From Pseudomonadota bacterium (lineage in GTDB: Bacteria > Pseudomonadota > Gammaproteobacteria > Xanthomonadales > Xanthomonadaceae): a stretch of 55,187 nucleotides of DNA. The notes beneath the pieces were generated by a model, which had not been told where the DNA came from, did not search any database, and saw only the letters and a list, made by a program, of their open reading frames with translations. Below, in pieces: positions 1-9,932 of this stretch (its first letter is position 1; every line of letters begins with the position of its first letter). The stretch covers positions 1 to 55,187 of the forward strand of contig JAEXAG010000154.1 in the NCBI GenBank assembly GCA_023394655.1. The letters are read 5' to 3'. The translations under genes were made by a program, and so were the position numbers.

Positions 1-1016
1 GCACCATCCACCGGGGAATAGGCGAAGGCACCGACACGATCGAGCCGCACTTCCTCGATGAAATCCAGCAGCTCCTCGAAATCGTCCTCGGTCTCGCCCG
101 GGAAACCGACGATGAAGGTGCTGCGCAAGGTGATGTCGGGGCAGGTCTCGCGCCAGCGCGCGATGCGCTCGCGGGTCTTGTCGATCGCGCCGGGCCGCTT
201 CATCAACTTGAGGATGCGCGGGCTGGCATGCTGGAAGGGAATGTCGAGGTAGGGAAGGACCTTCCCTTCGGCCATCAGCGGGATGATGTCGTCCACGTGC
301 GGGTACGGATACACGTAGTGCAGGCGCGTCCAGATGCCCAGCTCGGAAAGCCCCTCGCACAGGGCCTTCATGCGCGTCGCATAGGGCTTGCCGTGCCATT
401 CGCGCTCGGCGTATTTCAGGTCCACGCCATAGGCACTGGTGTCCTGCGAGACCACCAGCAGCTCCTTCACGCCACCGATCGCCAGCTTCTCGGCCTCGCG
501 CAGCACTTCGTCCACCGGACGCGAGACCAGGTCGCCGCGCATCGAGGGGATGATGCAGAAACTGCAGCGGTGGTTGCAGCCTTCGGAAATCTTGAGATAG
601 GCGTAGTGCTTGGGCGTCAGCTTCAGCCCGTAATCCGGCACCAGGTCGATGAACGGATCGTGCTTCGGCGGCACCGCGGCGTGCACGGCTTCCATCACGC
701 TGGCGTAATCCTGCGGCCCGCTGATGGCCAGCACGCCCGGATGCGCTTCGCGGATCAGCTCCCCGCGCTTGCCGAGGCAGCCAGTGACGATGACCTTGCC
801 GTTCTCGGCCATGGCCTCGCCGATGGCATCGAGCGACTCCGCCACCGCGCTGTCGATGAAGCCGCAGGTGTTGACCACCACCACGTCGGCATCGTCGTAG
901 CTGTTGACGAGACCGTAGCCCTCGACCTTCAGCTGGGTGAGGATGCGCTCGGAATCGACGAGCGCCTTCGGGCAGCCGAGACTGACGAATCCGACTTTGG
1001 GCTGGCTTTGTGACAT
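1..1016 (-). CDS. rimO: Ribosomal protein S12 methylthiotransferase RimO (3' end outside the window)
   Basis: Manual translation from ATG 1016 gives [29 protein letters not shown]...[13 protein letters not shown], and later the radical-SAM motif [12 protein letters not shown]. It is missing from the ORF track because it runs off the window edge. Confidence 0.95.
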   Translation of the reverse strand, partial: MSQSQPKVGFVSLGCPKALVDSERILTQLKVEGYGLVNSYDDADVVVVNTCGFIDSAVAESLDAIGEAMAENGKVIVTGCLGKRGELIREAHPGVLAISGPQDYASVMEAVHAAVPPKHDPFIDLVPDYGLKLTPKHYAYLKISEGCNHRCSFCIIPSMRGDLVSRPVDEVLREAEKLAIGGVKELLVVSQDTSAYGVDLKYAEREWHGKPYATRMKALCEGLSELGIWTRLHYVYPYPHVDDIIPLMAEGKVLPYLDIPFQHASPRILKLMKRPGAIDKTRERIARWRETCPDITLRSTFIVGFPGETEDDFEELLDFIEEVRLDRVGAFAYSPVDG

Positions 1017-1093
1017 CCTGTAATACCTCGTGGCGAGGCCGGATTATACGTCCGGCCCGCCTGCGTCCCGGCCGCCCCCACCGGAGATCCTAG

Positions 1094-1762
1094 ATGTCGC
1101 GCTGGATACAACTGGCTACCCCGCATGGCCCGGTCCGGGCCTGGCATGTCGCCCCGGACCTCCCCGCCAAGCGCGCGGTCATCGTGGTCCAGGAAATCTT
1201 CGGTGCCAACGCGCACATCCGCGATGTCGCCCGGCGGCTGGCCGATGAAGGCTTCGTCGCGCTGGCGCCCTCGATGTTCGACCCGATCGAACCGGGCGTC
1301 GAGCTGCGACACGACGAGGCCTCGATGTCCCATGGCCGGCGGTTGGCGGGCGATCTCGGCTTCGATGCCGCGATCGACATCATCGGCAGTGCCTCGCGCT
1401 GGCTGCGCGAAGCCGGCCACGCCTGCGCCACGGTCGGGTTCTGCTGGGGCGGCACCGTCGCGATCCTCGCCAACACCCGGCTCGGAATGCCGGCGGTCGG
1501 CTATTACGGCGCCCGCAGCATGCCCTTCGTCCACGAAGCCCTGCAGGCGCCCTTGCTGCTGCACTTCGGCGAAGACGATCCGCTGATTCCCCTCGGAGAC
1601 ATCCATCGGCAACGCGAGGCGTGGCCGGCGGCGGAGATCCACGTTCACCCCGGTGCCGGCCATGCCTTCAACCGCGACGTCGATCCTCGCCACCATCACC
1701 CCGAAGCGGCCCGGCGGGCCTGGCAGCGCACCGTCGCGTTCCTGCGGGAGTCTTTCGAATGA
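1094..1762 (+). CDS. Dienelactone hydrolase family protein
   Basis: VVQEIFG, the GFCWGG nucleophile elbow and a C-terminal HAFN His motif. GGAG SD upstream. Confidence 0.9.
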   Translation: MSRWIQLATPHGPVRAWHVAPDLPAKRAVIVVQEIFGANAHIRDVARRLADEGFVALAPSMFDPIEPGVELRHDEASMSHGRRLAGDLGFDAAIDIIGSASRWLREAGHACATVGFCWGGTVAILANTRLGMPAVGYYGARSMPFVHEALQAPLLLHFGEDDPLIPLGDIHRQREAWPAAEIHVHPGAGHAFNRDVDPRHHHPEAARRAWQRTVAFLRESFE

Positions 1763-2190
1763 CGCCGTTCATCCTCGACCCGCGCCTGGCCGCGGACACC
1801 CATCCGGTCGCGCAGTGGCCGCTCTGCGAACTGCTGCTGATGGATGATGCGCAGTACCCGTGGCTGATCCTGGTACCGCGCGTGGCCGGCGCCCGCGAAC
1901 TGATGGATCTCGACGAAGCCACGCGCGTCCAGCTCCACCGCGAGACCGATGCCGCGGCGCTGGGACTGCGCAAGGCGTTCTCGCCGCACAAGCTCAACGT
2001 CGCCGCACTCGGCAACGTGGTGGAGCAGCTGCACGTCCACGTGATCGGCCGGCAGCCGGATGATGCCGCCTGGCCGCGTCCGGTCTGGGGCGCGGTGCCG
2101 CAGCGGAAGCGCAGCGCGGCCGAACGCCGCAGTTTCCTCGCCAGGCTCAGGAAGTGTCTGCCGGGCTTCGCCTTCGTGAAGTTCCGCTGA
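1759..2190 (+). CDS. HIT family protein
   Basis: MTPFILDPRLAAD...YPWLILVPR...KLNVAALGNVVEQLHVHVIGR. ATGA overlap with the upstream stop. Confidence 0.88.
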   Translation: MTPFILDPRLAADTHPVAQWPLCELLLMDDAQYPWLILVPRVAGARELMDLDEATRVQLHRETDAAALGLRKAFSPHKLNVAALGNVVEQLHVHVIGRQPDDAAWPRPVWGAVPQRKRSAAERRSFLARLRKCLPGFAFVKFR

Positions 2191-2206
2191 GTCCGGCCCG
2201 CCGCGC

Positions 2207-2794
2207 TCAAGTGCGCGGCAAGGTCACTCCGGTCTGGCCCTGGTACTTGCCGCCGCGGTCCTTGTAGCTGGTCTCGCAGACGTCGTCGGCATCGGACTGG
2301 AAGAACAGCATCTGCGCGACGCCTTCGCCCGCGTAGATGCGCGCGGGCAGCGGCGTGGTGTTGCTGAACTCGAGGGTGACGTGGCCTTCCCACTCCGGCT
2401 CCAGCGGGGTCACGTTGACGATGATTCCGCAGCGCGCGTAGGTGCTCTTGCCCAGGCAGACCACCAGCGTGTCGCGCGGGATGCGGAAGTATTCCACCGT
2501 GCGCGCCAGCGCGAAGCTGTTCGGCGGGATGATGCACTCGTCGGCCTCGATGTCGACGAAGCTCTTCGGGTCGAAATGCTTGGGATCGACGATGGTCGAG
2601 TTGATGTTGGTGAACACCTTGAACTCGCGCGAGCAGCGAACGTCGTAGCCGTAGCTCGACGTGCCGTAGCTGACGATGCGCTGGCCGTCGGCCCCGTCCT
2701 TGCCGGCGAACTTGACCTGGCCGGGCTCGTACGGCTCGATCATGCCGTGCTGCTCGGACATCCGGCGGATCCAGCGGTCGCTCTTGATGCTCAT
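2207..2794 (-). CDS. dcd: dCTP deaminase
   Basis: [60 protein letters not shown]. Confidence 0.97.
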   Translation of the reverse strand: MSIKSDRWIRRMSEQHGMIEPYEPGQVKFAGKDGADGQRIVSYGTSSYGYDVRCSREFKVFTNINSTIVDPKHFDPKSFVDIEADECIIPPNSFALARTVEYFRIPRDTLVVCLGKSTYARCGIIVNVTPLEPEWEGHVTLEFSNTTPLPARIYAGEGVAQMLFFQSDADDVCETSYKDRGGKYQGQTGVTLPRT

Positions 2795-2851
2795 CGAATC
2801 ATCCCGTCTGTGGAACGCCGGATTGTATCGCCGGGCAGGCCGGCACGGCAC

Positions 2852-3691
2852 TCAAAGCAGCGAGGCGGAAATCGGCATGCGCGCGCGCGGGCGGCGATCC
2901 AGCGCCTCCAGGAGCCGGCGAGCGGCTTCCCGGTAGGCGAGCGCCACCTTCGAATCCGGCTCGGCCACCACCACGGGCATGCCGGCATCGCCGCGCTCGC
3001 GGATGCGAATGTCCAGCGGCAGCGAACCCAGCATCGGCACGCCGTACTGTTCGGCCATGCGCCCGCCGCCGCCTGCGCCGAAGACGTGCTCGGCATGGCC
3101 GCAGGTAGAGCACACGTGCACCGCCATGTTCTCGATGACGCCCAGCACGGGCACTTCCACCTTCTCGAACATCTTCACCGCCTTCTTCGCGTCCAGCGTG
3201 GCGATGTCCTGCGGCGTGGTCACCACCACCGCCCCGGCCACCGGGATCTTCTGCGAGAGCGTGAGCTGGATGTCGCCGGTGCCTGGCGGCAGATCCACCA
3301 CGAGGATGTCGAGATCGCCCCAGCGCGTGTCGTTGAACAGCTGCATCAGGGCGGAGGTGGCCATCGGGCCGCGCCAGATCATCGGCGTATCCTGGTCCAC
3401 CAGCACGCCGATCGACATCGCCTCCAGGCCGTGGCCGTGCATCGGCTCGATGGTCTTGCCGTCCGGGCTCGCGGGCTTGCCCTCGATCCCGAGCATGGCC
3501 GGGATCGAGGGCCCGTAGATGTCCGCGTCGAGCACCCCCACGCGCAAGCCTTCCTGCATCAACGCCGCGGCCAGGTTCACCGCCGTGGTGGACTTGCCCA
3601 CCCCGCCCTTGCCGGAGCCCACGGCGATCACGTTGCGGATGGCGGGATGCGGCGACAGGTCGCGCTGCGGGACATGGGGGGCGAGAGGCAT
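2852..3691 (-). CDS. apbC: Mrp/ApbC iron-sulfur cluster carrier ATPase (short form without the N-terminal extra domain)
   Basis: GSGKGGVGKST deviant Walker A, DADIYGPS, MIWRGPM, DLPPGTGD and a CSTC motif. Confidence 0.94.
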   Translation of the reverse strand: MPLAPHVPQRDLSPHPAIRNVIAVGSGKGGVGKSTTAVNLAAALMQEGLRVGVLDADIYGPSIPAMLGIEGKPASPDGKTIEPMHGHGLEAMSIGVLVDQDTPMIWRGPMATSALMQLFNDTRWGDLDILVVDLPPGTGDIQLTLSQKIPVAGAVVVTTPQDIATLDAKKAVKMFEKVEVPVLGVIENMAVHVCSTCGHAEHVFGAGGGGRMAEQYGVPMLGSLPLDIRIRERGDAGMPVVVAEPDSKVALAYREAARRLLEALDRRPRARMPISASLL

Positions 3692-3888
3692 GGCGTTCCG
3701 ATCCTTGCAGGTGCCGCGATCACGATCAGGCGCGACCACGGGCAGGGATGGCGATTATCGCATTCGTCATGACTGCTTCACTTGTCAACGGGCCGAATCC
3801 GGCTGCTAGACTCGGGATCGATGGCGACCGGGCAGGGTCCGCGCGGTCGCGCTGCATCGCCACCACACCGCCACTGGGGACACACGCA

Positions 3889-5907
3889 ATGACCAGAAAC
3901 GTCCACCGACTCGCCGTCGCCCTGATGCTGCTGCCGGCCATTTCGCTGGCGCGCGAGCCGATTTCCATCGAAACGCTCTCGAGCCTGCCGAAGATCCAGT
4001 CGGTCAGCATGAGCAACGACGGCAAGACCCTCGTCGCGCTGGTGCCCTCGCCGGTCGGTGCCGCGCAGGACACAGCGCTCGCCACCTGGGACCTGTCGAC
4101 ACCGGGGGCAGGCCCGAACATCACGCCTTCCGGCGACCGCATGAAATTCATCGCCGCCTCCGCAATGAAGGCCGACCGCATCCTGGTCGTGGGCCGCCAG
4201 GAATGGACCGGCAACCTCGGCGGCTGTGGCGAAGGCCGCAGCCAGGGCTCGACCAAGACCTTCGTCACCAAGACCTACCTCACCGACAACGCCCACAAGG
4301 AATTCAGCGAGGCATTCGCGGACAACGCCCGCCGCGTCGGCGTGAGCCAGGAAACCCTGCGTTGCATGGAGCTGGGCGGCACCGCGGCCCTGGTCAGCAG
4401 CCTGCCGCTGGACCCGGACAACGTCATCGTCCAGCAGCTCAACAACCTCACCCTGCAGTCCAACTACTACCTCTACAACCTGCGCACCAATGAAACCACC
4501 CTGCTGTTCCGTGGTGGCGCGCGCACCCAGCCGGCGCTGTTCAACCCGCGCAACGGCGACGTGCTGGTGCGGACCGAGCTGGTCGGTTCCGGCGCCAATG
4601 ATTACGAGGACCGCATCCACATCCGCAACGCGCAGACCGGCCAGTTCGAGCTGCACGAGAACCTCACCCGCAAGCTGACCGATCGCTACCAGTTCTCCTT
4701 CGTCGGCATCGACGAGCAATCGGGCAAGTACTACGTGCTGACCGACCTGTACTCCGATCTGGTGCAGGCGCGCATGTACGACCCGGTCGCGCGCAAGTTC
4801 GACGATGAAGCCCTCGTGGCCCATCCGGAGCATTCGATCACGGGACTCGTGCTCGGCAACCAGGCCAGCAACTTCAACCGCGTGCTGGGCTTCGTGGTCG
4901 GCGGGCTGGAACCCACCGTCACCTACGTCGATCCGGATTTCGTCTCGATCCACGCCGGCCTGCAGGCCGCCTATCCGGGGCAGACGGTCTCCATCCGCCA
5001 GTACAACAACGACCTGAGCCGGGTGCTGTTCGTCACCTCCAGCCCGCGCCATGCGCCCACCTATCACATGCTCAACGATCGCAAGCAGGTGACCACGCTG
5101 GGCAGCGAGAACCCGGCGGTCAAGCCGGAGCAGATCGGCGAACAGCGCTGGGTGACATACCCGGCCCGCGATGGACTCCGTATCCCCGCCATCCTCGATC
5201 TGCCTGCCGGCTGGACCAAGGAGCAGGGTCCACTGCCGACCATCATCCATCCGCACGGTGGCCCCTGGGCGCGTGACTACGGCGGCTGGGACCGCTCCGG
5301 CTGGGTGCCGTTCCTGACCTCACGCGGCTACGCCGTGCTGCGTCCGCAGTACCGCGGCTCGACCGGCCTCGGCCGCAAGCTGTGGCTGGCCGGCGACGCC
5401 GAATGGGGCCAGAAGATGCAGGACGACAAGGACGACGGTGCCGCCTGGCTGGTCCAGCAGGGCATCGCCGACAAGGACCGCCTGGCGATCTTCGGCTACT
5501 CCTATGGCGGCTTCGCCGCCGCCGCCGCGGTGGTGCGCCCGAACAGCCCGTACCAGTGCGCGATCTCCGGTGCCCCGGTAACCGACCTGGCGCGCCTCGG
5601 CACCTCGTGGAGCGACAGCCGCGTGCAGCGCATCCTGCAGGCGCAGACCATCACCGGCATGGACCCGATGCGCCACACCGCGAACGCCAGCATCCCGGTA
5701 CTGCTGTACGTCGGTGACCGCGATGTCCGCACCCCCGCCTTCCACGCCCGCAACTTCTACAACGGCGTGCGTGGCCAGGTACCGGCCCGCTTCGAGCTGA
5801 TCGCCGACATGCCGCACAGCATGCCGTGGTATCCGCGTCACCAGGAGCAGACGCTCAAGCTGATGGAGGATTACCTGGCCAAGGAGTGCGGCCCGGGCGG
5901 ACTCTGA
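3889..5907 (+). CDS. Secreted S9 family (prolyl-oligopeptidase-like) serine peptidase
   Basis: Signal peptide (MTRNVHRLAVALMLLPAISLA), HGGPW, the GYSYGG nucleophile, DVRT Asp and PHS His. GGGGA SD upstream. Confidence 0.88.
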   Translation: MTRNVHRLAVALMLLPAISLAREPISIETLSSLPKIQSVSMSNDGKTLVALVPSPVGAAQDTALATWDLSTPGAGPNITPSGDRMKFIAASAMKADRILVVGRQEWTGNLGGCGEGRSQGSTKTFVTKTYLTDNAHKEFSEAFADNARRVGVSQETLRCMELGGTAALVSSLPLDPDNVIVQQLNNLTLQSNYYLYNLRTNETTLLFRGGARTQPALFNPRNGDVLVRTELVGSGANDYEDRIHIRNAQTGQFELHENLTRKLTDRYQFSFVGIDEQSGKYYVLTDLYSDLVQARMYDPVARKFDDEALVAHPEHSITGLVLGNQASNFNRVLGFVVGGLEPTVTYVDPDFVSIHAGLQAAYPGQTVSIRQYNNDLSRVLFVTSSPRHAPTYHMLNDRKQVTTLGSENPAVKPEQIGEQRWVTYPARDGLRIPAILDLPAGWTKEQGPLPTIIHPHGGPWARDYGGWDRSGWVPFLTSRGYAVLRPQYRGSTGLGRKLWLAGDAEWGQKMQDDKDDGAAWLVQQGIADKDRLAIFGYSYGGFAAAAAVVRPNSPYQCAISGAPVTDLARLGTSWSDSRVQRILQAQTITGMDPMRHTANASIPVLLYVGDRDVRTPAFHARNFYNGVRGQVPARFELIADMPHSMPWYPRHQEQTLKLMEDYLAKECGPGGL

Positions 5908-5927
5908 GTCCGGATCGATGCACCCGC

Positions 5928-5957
5928 AAGGGCCGGCCATGCCGGCCCTTTGCTTTT
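5928..5957 (+). terminator. Intrinsic terminator after the S9 peptidase gene
   Basis: AAGGGCCGGC-cat-GCCGGCCCTT hairpin followed by TGCTTTT. Confidence 0.75.
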
Positions 5958-6178
5958 CCGGGGACGTGCGTGCAGCCGTCGCCTCTGAGCCTCGCCGGAA
6001 AGGCATTTTGCGCAGTTCCGGGCGCGTGCCCGCATCCATGCAGAACATGAATGGGGGTAATTGTGACGATGTCAAGCAAATGTCGTTAAAGAATCGTTGC
6101 AGCGCCGCTCGGACAGGGCTATGCTCGGGTTTCGGCTCAACAGCTGAACAACGACAAAACCACGATTGGGGAGACTTC

Positions 6179-9130
6179 ATGTCTGCACGTAACCGCTCTA
6201 CTCGCCACGGCCTCCGCAAGTTGCCGCTGTGCATCGCCATGCTCGGCTGCCTGTACGGCACGACCGCCCTCGCCGACACCCAGCAACAACCGCAACAGCA
6301 ACAGGACGAGGAAGGGACCCGCTCGTCGCAGAATGAACAGGAGTTCGAGCGCGTGACCGTCACCGGCTCGCTGCTGCGTCGCCAGGAATACACCTCGGTC
6401 TCGCCGGTCCAGGTCATCACCGCCGACACCAGCGTCGCCGTCGGCCAAGTCGATACCGCCGAATTCCTGCAGAAGTCCAGCGTTGCCGCCGGCTCCACCC
6501 AGATCAACGCCCAGTTCTCCGGCTTCGTCGTCGGCGGCGGCACCGGCGTGCAGACCATCAGCCTGCGCGGCCTGGGTGCCCAGCGCACCGCCGTGCTGCT
6601 GAACGGCAAGCGTCCCGGTCCGGCCGGCACCCGCGGCCAGGTGCACTCGTTCGACCTGAACGTCATCCCGCAGTCCATCGTCCAGCGCGTCGAGATCCTG
6701 AAGGACGGCACCTCGTCCATCTACGGTTCCGATGCCGTGGCCGGCGCGGTGAACATCATCACCCGCAAGAACATCAACCGTCCGGAAGTCACCGTCGGCC
6801 TGCGCGCTCCGTTCCCGGGCGGCGGCGAGAGCTTCACCCTCTCCGGTGCCACCGGCTGGAACTTCGACAACGGCAACGTGGTTCTCGCCGCCGAATACTA
6901 CCTGCAGTCGCCGCTGCGCATGGGTGACCGCAGCTACCTGCGCTGCTCGCAGGACATGTTCTGGGACGAGCAGGGCAACCGCATCGACCGCGAGGATCGC
7001 TCGGTCCTGGCCGGCAGCCGTTACGCGGACTGCAACCACCTCCTGCACAATGCGGTCGACGACGCGATCACCGGCACACGCTACGTACCGACCTGGGACG
7101 GCACCACCATCGGCCTGATCCCGGGCTACCGTCCGAACATCAACCAGACCTATGCCGGCGGCTCGCCGGTCGCCTTCCACCACCAGGTGCTGAACACCCC
7201 GCTGTGGGACGACGTGCAGATGGTCGATCGCCAGGAGCGCATGAACCTGTTCGCTTCGAGCAGCTTCAGCTTCGGCGACATCGCGTGGGATACCGAGGTG
7301 CTGCTGAACCGCCGCAACACCCAGACCCACCGCCTGCGCCAGTTCTTCCCGCTGATCGGTGGTCGGACCTCGCCGCTGGCCTCCTACCGCTACACCGACA
7401 ACCCGACCTTCACTGCGCCGGTCCCGGGTGGTATCGCGCGTCCGATCATCCCGTTCAACTCCGATCAGGACGTGACCATCGATTACGGCTACATCAGCAC
7501 CGGCCTGGAAGGCAGCTTCGGCGCCAGCAGCTGGATCTGGAACGCCAACGTGTCGTACTCGCGCTCCAACGGTGAATACAGCGGCCTGGGCATCATCAAG
7601 TCGCTGACCGGCGACGCCGACCCGGCCCTGCGTCCGTGGACCGGTGGACGCGCGCCCACCTTCGACTACTTCCAGCCGTGCGTCTTGAGCGGCGAGTGCA
7701 TCGACGACACCGTGGCCGCCATCGGACGCTGGCACACCGGCAACACCGTCTACGACCAGACCGTGTTCTCCGGCCTCGTGACCGGCGACCTGTTCACCCT
7801 GCCGGCCGGCACCGCGGGTGCCGCCCTCGGCGTCGAACACCGCCGCTTCAGCATCGACGACCAGCCGAGCGACTACGAGCGCAACGGCGAGCTGTGGGGC
7901 CAGTCGAGCGCCGTGGCCACCACGGGCGACGACAAGGTCACCGAGGTCTTCGGCGAAGTGGAGCTCCCGCTGCTGAAGGGCCTGCCGGCGGTCGAGTCTC
8001 TGACCCTCAACGTCTCCGCCCGCGCGTTCAAGTACGACTCCGTCGGCGAAAGCGACCACGTGTGGAAGGCCGGCCTGGGCTGGCAGGTCACTCCGTCGCT
8101 GCTGCTGCGCTCCACCAAGGGCACGTCCTACCGCGCCCCGGGCCTGTACGAGCTGTACCTGGGCAACCTGTCGGGCTTCGTCAGCCAGGCTTCGATCGAC
8201 CCCTGCATCCGCTGGGGCGAGAGCAGCAACGAGCGCATCCGCACCAACTGCGCAGCGGCCGGCATCCCGGACGACTACGCGGCCACCGGCGGTTCTTCCT
8301 CCTCGGCGCAGACCTTCACCCGTGGCGCCGGCGACAGCCTGCGTCCGGAAACCTCGAACGCCTTCACCGCAGGCGTGGTCTGGACGCCTTCGTTCATGCC
8401 CGTCAGCTTCGCCGTCGATTACTTCGACATGCAGGTGAACGACCAGATCACCCAGCTTGGCTCCGGCACCATCGTGGCCGGCTGCTACGGTGCCGAGGTG
8501 TACCCGAACTCGTTCTGCGACCTGTTCGTCCGCAACTCGCCGACGCACCCGACCGCACCGAACAAGATCGAAGAGGTGTACGCGACCTACGTCAACATCA
8601 ACAAGCAGAAGGTCCGCGGTTACGACCTGCTGGCACGTTACGACGAGTCGCACGCCTTCGGTCGCCTGATCGTGCAGGCCGAAGCGACCTACATGAAGGA
8701 AGACTTCGCGCTGCTGTTCAGCGATCCCCTGGCTTCGGGTCTGACCCGCTCCGACCGTCGCGGCGACGTCAGCCGTCCGAAGATGGTGGGCAACGTCAAC
8801 GCCTCGCTGAAGCGCAACGATCTCACCTACACCTGGGGCATGGAGTACGTCGGTTCGTCGCATTACCTGGACATTTCCGAAAACACCACCTACCAGGGCC
8901 GCCCGGCAATCCGCGACATCACCGCCGACAGCCGCCTGTACCACAGCGCCTCGATCCGTTACGACCAGGCCGACTGGTCGCTGCTGATCGGTGTCCGCAA
9001 CCTCACCGACCGCAAGCCGCCGGTGATGTCCTCCGGCTTGGTGAGCATGTACGGCAACAGCCCGGCGTTCTCCACCAACTACGACTGGTTCGGTCGTTCG
9101 CTGTTCGCCCGCTTCAACTACAAGTTCTGA
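6179..9130 (+). CDS. TonB-dependent outer-membrane receptor
   Basis: Signal peptide, TonB-box-like ERVTVTGS, plug motifs LRGLGAQRTAVLLNGKR and RVEILKDGTSSIYGSDAVAGAVNIIT, and C-terminal YKF. GGGGAG SD before ATG 6179. Confidence 0.95.
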   Translation: MSARNRSTRHGLRKLPLCIAMLGCLYGTTALADTQQQPQQQQDEEGTRSSQNEQEFERVTVTGSLLRRQEYTSVSPVQVITADTSVAVGQVDTAEFLQKSSVAAGSTQINAQFSGFVVGGGTGVQTISLRGLGAQRTAVLLNGKRPGPAGTRGQVHSFDLNVIPQSIVQRVEILKDGTSSIYGSDAVAGAVNIITRKNINRPEVTVGLRAPFPGGGESFTLSGATGWNFDNGNVVLAAEYYLQSPLRMGDRSYLRCSQDMFWDEQGNRIDREDRSVLAGSRYADCNHLLHNAVDDAITGTRYVPTWDGTTIGLIPGYRPNINQTYAGGSPVAFHHQVLNTPLWDDVQMVDRQERMNLFASSSFSFGDIAWDTEVLLNRRNTQTHRLRQFFPLIGGRTSPLASYRYTDNPTFTAPVPGGIARPIIPFNSDQDVTIDYGYISTGLEGSFGASSWIWNANVSYSRSNGEYSGLGIIKSLTGDADPALRPWTGGRAPTFDYFQPCVLSGECIDDTVAAIGRWHTGNTVYDQTVFSGLVTGDLFTLPAGTAGAALGVEHRRFSIDDQPSDYERNGELWGQSSAVATTGDDKVTEVFGEVELPLLKGLPAVESLTLNVSARAFKYDSVGESDHVWKAGLGWQVTPSLLLRSTKGTSYRAPGLYELYLGNLSGFVSQASIDPCIRWGESSNERIRTNCAAAGIPDDYAATGGSSSSAQTFTRGAGDSLRPETSNAFTAGVVWTPSFMPVSFAVDYFDMQVNDQITQLGSGTIVAGCYGAEVYPNSFCDLFVRNSPTHPTAPNKIEEVYATYVNINKQKVRGYDLLARYDESHAFGRLIVQAEATYMKEDFALLFSDPLASGLTRSDRRGDVSRPKMVGNVNASLKRNDLTYTWGMEYVGSSHYLDISENTTYQGRPAIRDITADSRLYHSASIRYDQADWSLLIGVRNLTDRKPPVMSSGLVSMYGNSPAFSTNYDWFGRSLFARFNYKF

Positions 9131-9157
9131 TCGGGCACCGGCAACAAGGCAAGTCAA

Positions 9158-9183
9158 CGGAGGCGGCCGCAAGGCCGCCTTCG
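9158..9183 (+). terminator. Probable terminator hairpin after the TBDR gene
   Basis: CGGAGGCGGCC-GCAA-GGCCGCCTTCG with a GNRA loop. The U-tract is weak. Confidence 0.6.
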
Positions 9184-9329
9184 TCATTCCGGATTTCCGG
9201 TTTTCGAGTATCGGCACCAAGCTGAACCGGACATCGTTTTGTTGCAATGCAACTTTCCCCATACCGCCAAGCATGGGATATAAGTTCCAGCGGCCCGACG
9301 GGCCGGCGACATCCCAGGAGAGCAAAGAA

Positions 9330-9764
9330 ATGCGCAAGACCGTTTTCGCAATCGCCCTCGGCCTCGCGGCCGTGCCGATGATGGCCTCCGCCCAGCAGTC
9401 GGCGGTCGGCAAGTGGCGCACCATCGATGGCGACACGGGCCAGGCCAAGTCGGTGGTCGAAATCACCCAATCGCAGAACGGCGTGCTTTCGGGCCGCATC
9501 CTCGAGCTGATCAACCCGAGCCGCCCGAACCCGACCTGCGACAAGTGCAGCGACGACCGCAAGGGTCGCCCGATCACCGGCATGGAGATCATCCGCGGCA
9601 TGCGTGCGGATGGCGCCGGCAAGTGGGCCGGCGGCACCATCCTCAAGCCCGACGAGGGCAAGGTCTATCGCTCCAAGATGGAGCTGGAGGATGGCGGCCG
9701 CAAGCTGAAGGTTTCCGGCTGCGTGGCCTTCATCTGCAAGTCGCAGACCTGGATCCGCATGTGA
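9330..9764 (+). CDS. DUF2147 domain exported protein
   Basis: Signal peptide, GKWRTIDG, CDKC, GTILKPDEGKVY and a terminal SQTWIR. AGGAG SD upstream. Confidence 0.85.
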   Translation: MRKTVFAIALGLAAVPMMASAQQSAVGKWRTIDGDTGQAKSVVEITQSQNGVLSGRILELINPSRPNPTCDKCSDDRKGRPITGMEIIRGMRADGAGKWAGGTILKPDEGKVYRSKMELEDGGRKLKVSGCVAFICKSQTWIRM

Positions 9765-9805
9765 CCTGATCCGCATCGCGGCCCGACTCGCGCGGCCCCG
9801 ACGCC

Positions 9806-9837
9806 AAGCGCCCGGCAAGTCCGGGCGCTTTCCTTTT
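9806..9837 (+). terminator. Intrinsic terminator after DUF2147
   Basis: AAGCGCCCGG-caagt-CCGGGCGCTT followed by TCCTTTT. Confidence 0.8.
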
Positions 9838-9932
9838 GCGGGCCCGTCGCGGTCGGGGCCGGACGCCCGTCGAGGGCGGCGATGGCGGGGCCGCATGCGA
9901 TAATCGCGCCTCTCCCGCTGTCCGCCGCGCCC

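Noticed and set aside
2795..2855. Possible TTG-started bridge or in-frame GTG extension between apbC and dcd
   Set aside because: The start codons are weak, and a TACAAT -10 in the gap suggests dcd has its own promoter.
5918..6178. 87-codon N-terminal extension of the TBDR, or a riboswitch in this gap
   Set aside because: The extension runs through a terminator, and the SD plus signal peptide support ATG 6179. I recognise no cobalamin, TPP or c-di-GMP aptamer core.
6137..9661. 1174-aa ORF antisense to the TBDR gene, and similar long antisense or alternate-frame ORFs (e.g. 50492-54046, 9114-11366, 25008-27653)
   Set aside because: These are shadow ORFs expected from high-GC codon bias. They have no recognisable motifs and lie over well-supported genes.
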